The position numbers and the translations under genes were made by a program. Of a DNA stretch of 64,000 nucleotides, positions 59,240 to 64,000 are shown in pieces. Each line of letters opens with the position of its first letter. The first letter of the stretch is position 1. Origin of the DNA: Dimorphilus gyrociliatus (taxonomy: Eukaryota; Animalia; Annelida); assembly GCA_904063045.1 (NCBI GenBank), contig CAJFCJ010000035.1, positions 1-64,000 on the forward strand. The letters run 5' to 3'. Below the pieces are notes generated by a model. It ran no database searches, had not been told where the DNA came from, and saw only the letters and a list, made by a program, of their open reading frames with translations.

Positions 59240-61200
59240 TCATTGTAAATTACAAAACTTGTTTGTGATATTACTAAATAAATTTTTTCCCAATTGCCCT
59301 CTGAAATTAAAACCAGAAAAGTCTAATTTATTGAGTTTTGTTTGATTTCCAATAAATTTTCCAAATTGTCCACTCATATCCTCAGATATTTGACATCCTT
59401 TAAAATATAGGTATTCTAAATTACAAAACTTGTCTGAGATATTACTAAATAAATTTTTTCCCAATTGCCCACTCAAATCTAAACCAGAGATGTCTAATTC
59501 AGTGAGTTTTGTTTGATTTCCAATAAATTTTCCAAAGTCTCCACTCATATCCTCAGATATTTGACATCCTTTAAAATATAGGTATTCTAAATTACAAAAC
59601 TTGTCTGAGATATTACTAAATAAATTTTTTCCCAATTGCCCACTCAAATCTAAACCTGACATGTCCAAACGTTTGAGTTTTGTTTGATTTCCAATAAATT
59701 TTCCAAATTCTCCACTCATATCCTTAGATATTTGACATCCTTGAAAATTTAGGTATTCTAAATTACAAAACTTGTGTGTGATATTACTAAATAAATTTTT
59801 TCCCAATTGCCCTCTGAAATTAAAACCAGAAAAGTCTAATTCATTGAGTTTTGTTTGATTTCCAATAAATTTTCCAAATTCTCCACTCATATGCTCAGAT
59901 ATTTGACATCCTTCAAAATTTACGCATTCTAAATTACAAAACTTGTCTGTGATATTACTAAATAAATTTTTTCCCAATTGCCCACTCAAATCCAAAGTAG
60001 AAAAGTCTAATTCATTGAGTTTTGTTTGATTTCCAATAAATTTTCCAAATTGTCCACTCATATCCTCAGATATTTGACATCCTTCAAAATTTAGGTATTC
60101 TAAATTACAAAACTTGTCTGAGATATTACTAAATAAATTTTTTCCCAATTGCCCACTCAAATCTAAACCTGACATGTCCAAACTTTTGAGTTTTGTTTGA
60201 TTTTCAATAAATTTTCCAAATTGTCCACTCATATCCTCAGATATTTGACATCCTTTAAAATATAGGTATTCGAAATTACAAAACTTGTCTGAGATATTAC
60301 TAAATAAATTTTTTCCCAATTGCCCACTCAAATCTAAACCGGACATGTCCAAACTTTCGAGTTTTGTTTGATTTTCAATAAATTTTCCAAATTGTCCACT
60401 CATATCCTCAGATATTTGACATCCTTTAAAATATAGGTATTCGAAATTACAAAACTTGTCTGAGATATTACTAAATAAATTTTTTCCCAATTGCCCACTC
60501 AAATCTAAACCGGACATGTCCAAACTTTCGAGTTTTGTTTGATTTTCAATAAATTTTCCAAATTGTCCACTCATATCCTCAGATATTTGACATCCTTCAA
60601 AATTTAGGTATTCTAAATTACAAAACTTGTCTGAGATATTACTAAATAAATTTTTTCCCAATTGCCCACTCAAATCTAAACCTGACATGTCCAAACTTTT
60701 GAGTTTTGTTTGATTTCCAATAAATTTTCCAAATTGTCCACTCATATCCTCAGATATTTGACATCCTTCAAAATTTACGCATTCTAAATTACAAAACTTG
60801 TCTGTGATATTACTAAATAAATTTTTTCCCAATTGCCCACTCAAATCCAAAGTAGAAAAGTCTAATTCATTGAGTTTTGTTTGATTTCCAATAAATTTTC
60901 CAAATTGTCCACTCATATCCTCAGATATTTGACATCCTTCAAAATTTAGGTATTCTAAATTACAAAACTTGTCTGAGATATTACTAAATAAATTTTTTCC
61001 CAATTGCCCACTCAAATCTAAACCTGACATGTCCAAACTTTTGAGTTTTGTTTGATTTCCAATAAATTTTCCAAATTCTCCACTCATATCCTTAGATATT
61101 TGACATCCTTTAAAATATAGGTGTTCTAAATTACAAAACGTGTCTGTGATATTACTAAATAAATTTTTTCCCAATTGGCCACTTAAATCCTTTTGTGAGA
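58190..61200 (-). repeat. Coding tandem array, 17 x 171 bp (57 aa, RI-type A/B LRR pair)
   Basis: The marker atatttgaca recurs at 58361, 58532, 58703, 58873, 59044, 59215, 59386 ... 61096 with 171-bp spacing (one 170). Confidence 0.97.
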
Positions 61201-64000
61201 AATTCAACATTTTTATATTTGTTTGATTTCCCAGAAATTTTCCAAATGGTACAATCATGTCTTCAGAGAGTTTATAATTTGTGATATCAAAATATATCAA
61301 GTTGCAAAATTTGGTTGGAATGTTTTCCCAAAAGTTTTTTTGCAGTTCTATATCTCTTGTGTGCATTATTTTAATTTCTTTTATGAATAATTGTCTGCAA
61401 AAAAGATCTTTAAATTTTTGAATTATTAGAGGATTTATATAATTTAAGTCAGAAATTGTAAATTTTTGAAGTTTTTTTTGTGCAAGGGCTAAATCCAATA
61501 TAAATTTCTGAATTTCATCTGATTGTGTAATGAGTACAGATATACTGATCAGTTTAGTGAATTTGTACATAAGGGCTTCTATTAAGCTATACTCATTTGA
61601 AGGGAACAATAATTTGCTGATTGTAAAGTTTTCAATATTAACACTTCCTGCTTCATGCAACATAGCCAATTTTGTAGCACAGTAAGTATCATTTATCTCC
61701 AATGTTTGAAATTCAAGAACATCTGAAAACATTTTCCTTATGTGTGTTATAGAATTCAAGTTAAAGTTTTTGTCATTAATGTAAGTTTCAGACAATAGCT
61801 TTGCCTCATTTAAATAAAACATTTTAGAATTATTCAAGATACTTAAACTAGTTAAATGTGATATTAAAATTGTCAGTTTAAGCAATAGCTCTCTTGTCAT
61901 ATTCTGACTATGTATAATTAGCCTTTGAACTTTCAGACTTTTCAATTCTTCCAAAAAGAATACCATGGATTTGTTGTCAAATTTATTTTTTGATATATTA
62001 ACACATTGTAGTTCCATTAAAAATTTTAAATTTTTAGCAAGTTCCATTAAAATTATGCTTTCTAAATTATTCTTTGAAATATCTAAAGTAGTTAGAGTAA
62101 AGTTGCTTTCCAATGGAGTAGTGTTTCCAATGTATTTTTTTGTTTTCTCTGTGATAAAAATTTTGAGTGATATTAACTTTGATATATTTATCAATTTGTA
62201 TACAATTTTTAGAAATTGTTCAGAAGAGGTTAATGATATTCCACAGAGATTTATATATCCACCAAATAAAGGTGAATTTTTTGCTTTTGCTTTATCTATC
62301 ATTTTTTCAAACACATTCAATGATTGCTCATTGGATAAGAACAAATTTATATTCCTTAAGCCAGATGATTGATGAATAACTTTTTGAAAAATTTTTCTAA
62401 AGAATCCATTGTTTAAATCATTTTCTCCTGAATCAAATAATTTAAGAGAAAACATTATTTTTAAATCTTTGTCATCATCAGACCATTTGGTATTATCCAA
62501 TTGAAATAAAGGTAATTTCAATTTTATTAGTTTAGCCAATTGAAAAAAGTTCTTTAAACAAAGAAATTTTTTACATTTAGTAACAATATTTCCAGCTAAT
62601 TGAAGATTCTCAAGATTGCTAAGCTTTTCTGACATATTCTCCAGTAATTCGCTTTCTAAAACAAATTTACAATCATTCAATTTCAATACTTTTAAATTAT
62701 TGAAATTTTCTATAATTAAATTTAGGAGCTGGTTTTGTTGCAGTTCATTTAATGAAAGCCCACTTAAGCCAAGACAAGTAAGACCATTCTTTTCATTTAG
62801 AAAAGATACAATTGCTTCAAAATTGTTACCTGTTAAACCACAGTAGCACAATTTTATTGATGTTAGGTTTTCAAATTCTTTCAAACTCTTAATTGTTTTG
62901 TTATCTGTTTTAATATTTAAAATGTGTTGATTATTTAAACATTGAAGTTAATATTTTATTACTCACCAATATGTTGTGAAAAAGAAAAGTCAATCTTTGT
63001 TAGAGAATAGATTTTTCCAAAGGGAATGTTAAATTTATTCTGTAATCCTAATAGTGCCAATTTTTGCAATGCAGGAGCAAACAAACGTTCTTCTTCACTT
63101 AATATTGCTACATTTCTTAGATACAGTGTCTGTAAGTTAGGAAAGGTTGTAAACAATGGCTGCAATTCTTTGAAAACTGTGCTATTATCATCAAAATCAT
63201 ATTCAATTTTCAATTCCTTTAGGTTTTCATTAACATTCATGTTAGATAAAATATCAAAAAATAAGATAGAATCAAAATAAATGTTATGAAAATGTAATTT
63301 TGTAACTGAATTGACTTTTTCCAATTTCTCCATAAATAAATCAAGAATTAATGGTGTGAATAGTTTTTCTTTCAAAGTAAAATGCTCTTGCATTTCTGTA
63401 TCTAGTAAAATACTAATTATATCATCATCGCAATTTTCTAATATCATTAAAAGTTTTGGGTTAACTTTAAGAATCATATTGTAGATGTTTTCATCTGAAT
63501 TTTTAATAAAATTCAAAACTCTCTTCAATCTGATGGCTTGTTTTTCATTAGAAAATTTTTCTAGCAATCCATCATTGGGGCTTTCATTTCTTAAAATATG
63601 ATTCACAATATATTGTGAAGCAAAATACTCTTGAAATAAAAAGTGAAAAAACCTAAATCTTTTAGTGTTGTTGGTATAACTATCATTCAGTTCATAAGTC
63701 AGACCTACCAAATTTTTTGTCCTTTCTATGTGTTCTTTAGCAATTTCCATTGGTTCACCAGTTAATAAATTGTTAAATGCCATTTCACCAATTAGCGATA
63801 CAACAAATTCTTTATTTTCATTTGAAATTTCAATTTTTTGGAATTGAATATTAATGACTTCATTAAAAACACTATTAAAATCTTTCAATTCTCTCCTTTT
63901 GTTTTCCCAGAGTGCTGCAGTTAAAAAAGCAATTAATGGATATTTACACAAGTCAAATATATCTGATCTTTCTGATTTTAGAAAATGAAATAACTGATAG
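59240..64000 (-). CDS. NLR-like receptor: NACHT-associated helical/WH domains plus long RI-type LRR region (5' part outside window); intron 62905-62966
   Basis: LCKYPLIAFL, LIGEMAFNNL and FRFFHFLFQEYFASQY are NACHT HD1/WH motifs. A 62-nt GT-AG intron joins ORF 62959-63951 in frame to ORF 59240-62884. The frame is open to the window end. Confidence 0.9.

Noticed and set aside
59240-59242. TGA as selenocysteine or read-through codon extending the NLR
   Set aside because: It replaces a Cys codon, but TAA stops and a frameshift follow within the next three units, so read-through would gain less than one unit.
44216-62846. Antisense ORFs over LRR genes (44216-44656, 61965-62372, 62616-62846) and over the MULE (38310-38585)
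   Set aside because: Expected shadow frames of long sense ORFs; no independent features.

Overview
AT-rich eukaryotic (invertebrate-like) genomic DNA with very short introns (about 55-65 nt). The gene families and intron sizes suggest a compact lophotrochozoan genome (inference, not verifiable here). Bases 1-17606 form one giant near-perfect palindrome with its apex at about 8787-8809, inside a Mutator-type terminal repeat. Each arm carries a FOXRED2 gene, Tc1 and BEL/Pao remnants, and an LTR preceded by a polypurine tract and an env-like ORF. The arm differences I checked are all single-base indels, so a fold-back or assembly artefact must be excluded before any biological reading. The rest of the window is an immune-receptor and transposon-rich region. 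It holds a GRL101-like (LDLa-LRR-7TM) GPCR plus a pseudogenised paralogue, a secreted CUB-like protein, and an apparently intact PHD-FLYWCH-MULE transposon with TIRs and a 9-bp TSD. It also holds nested and non-autonomous MULEs, mariner/Tc1 remnants, a disrupted NLR, and a second NLR whose LRR region is a young array of about 17 x 171-bp mosaic repeats. Six of those repeats lie beyond a stop codon, and an orphan two-repeat cassette carrying the same nonsense allele is fused to an LTR about 7 kb away. This NLR cassette arrangement is the best candidate for an undescribed receptor-diversification system, but that reading is inference. All domain calls are from motif recognition by eye; no searches were run.
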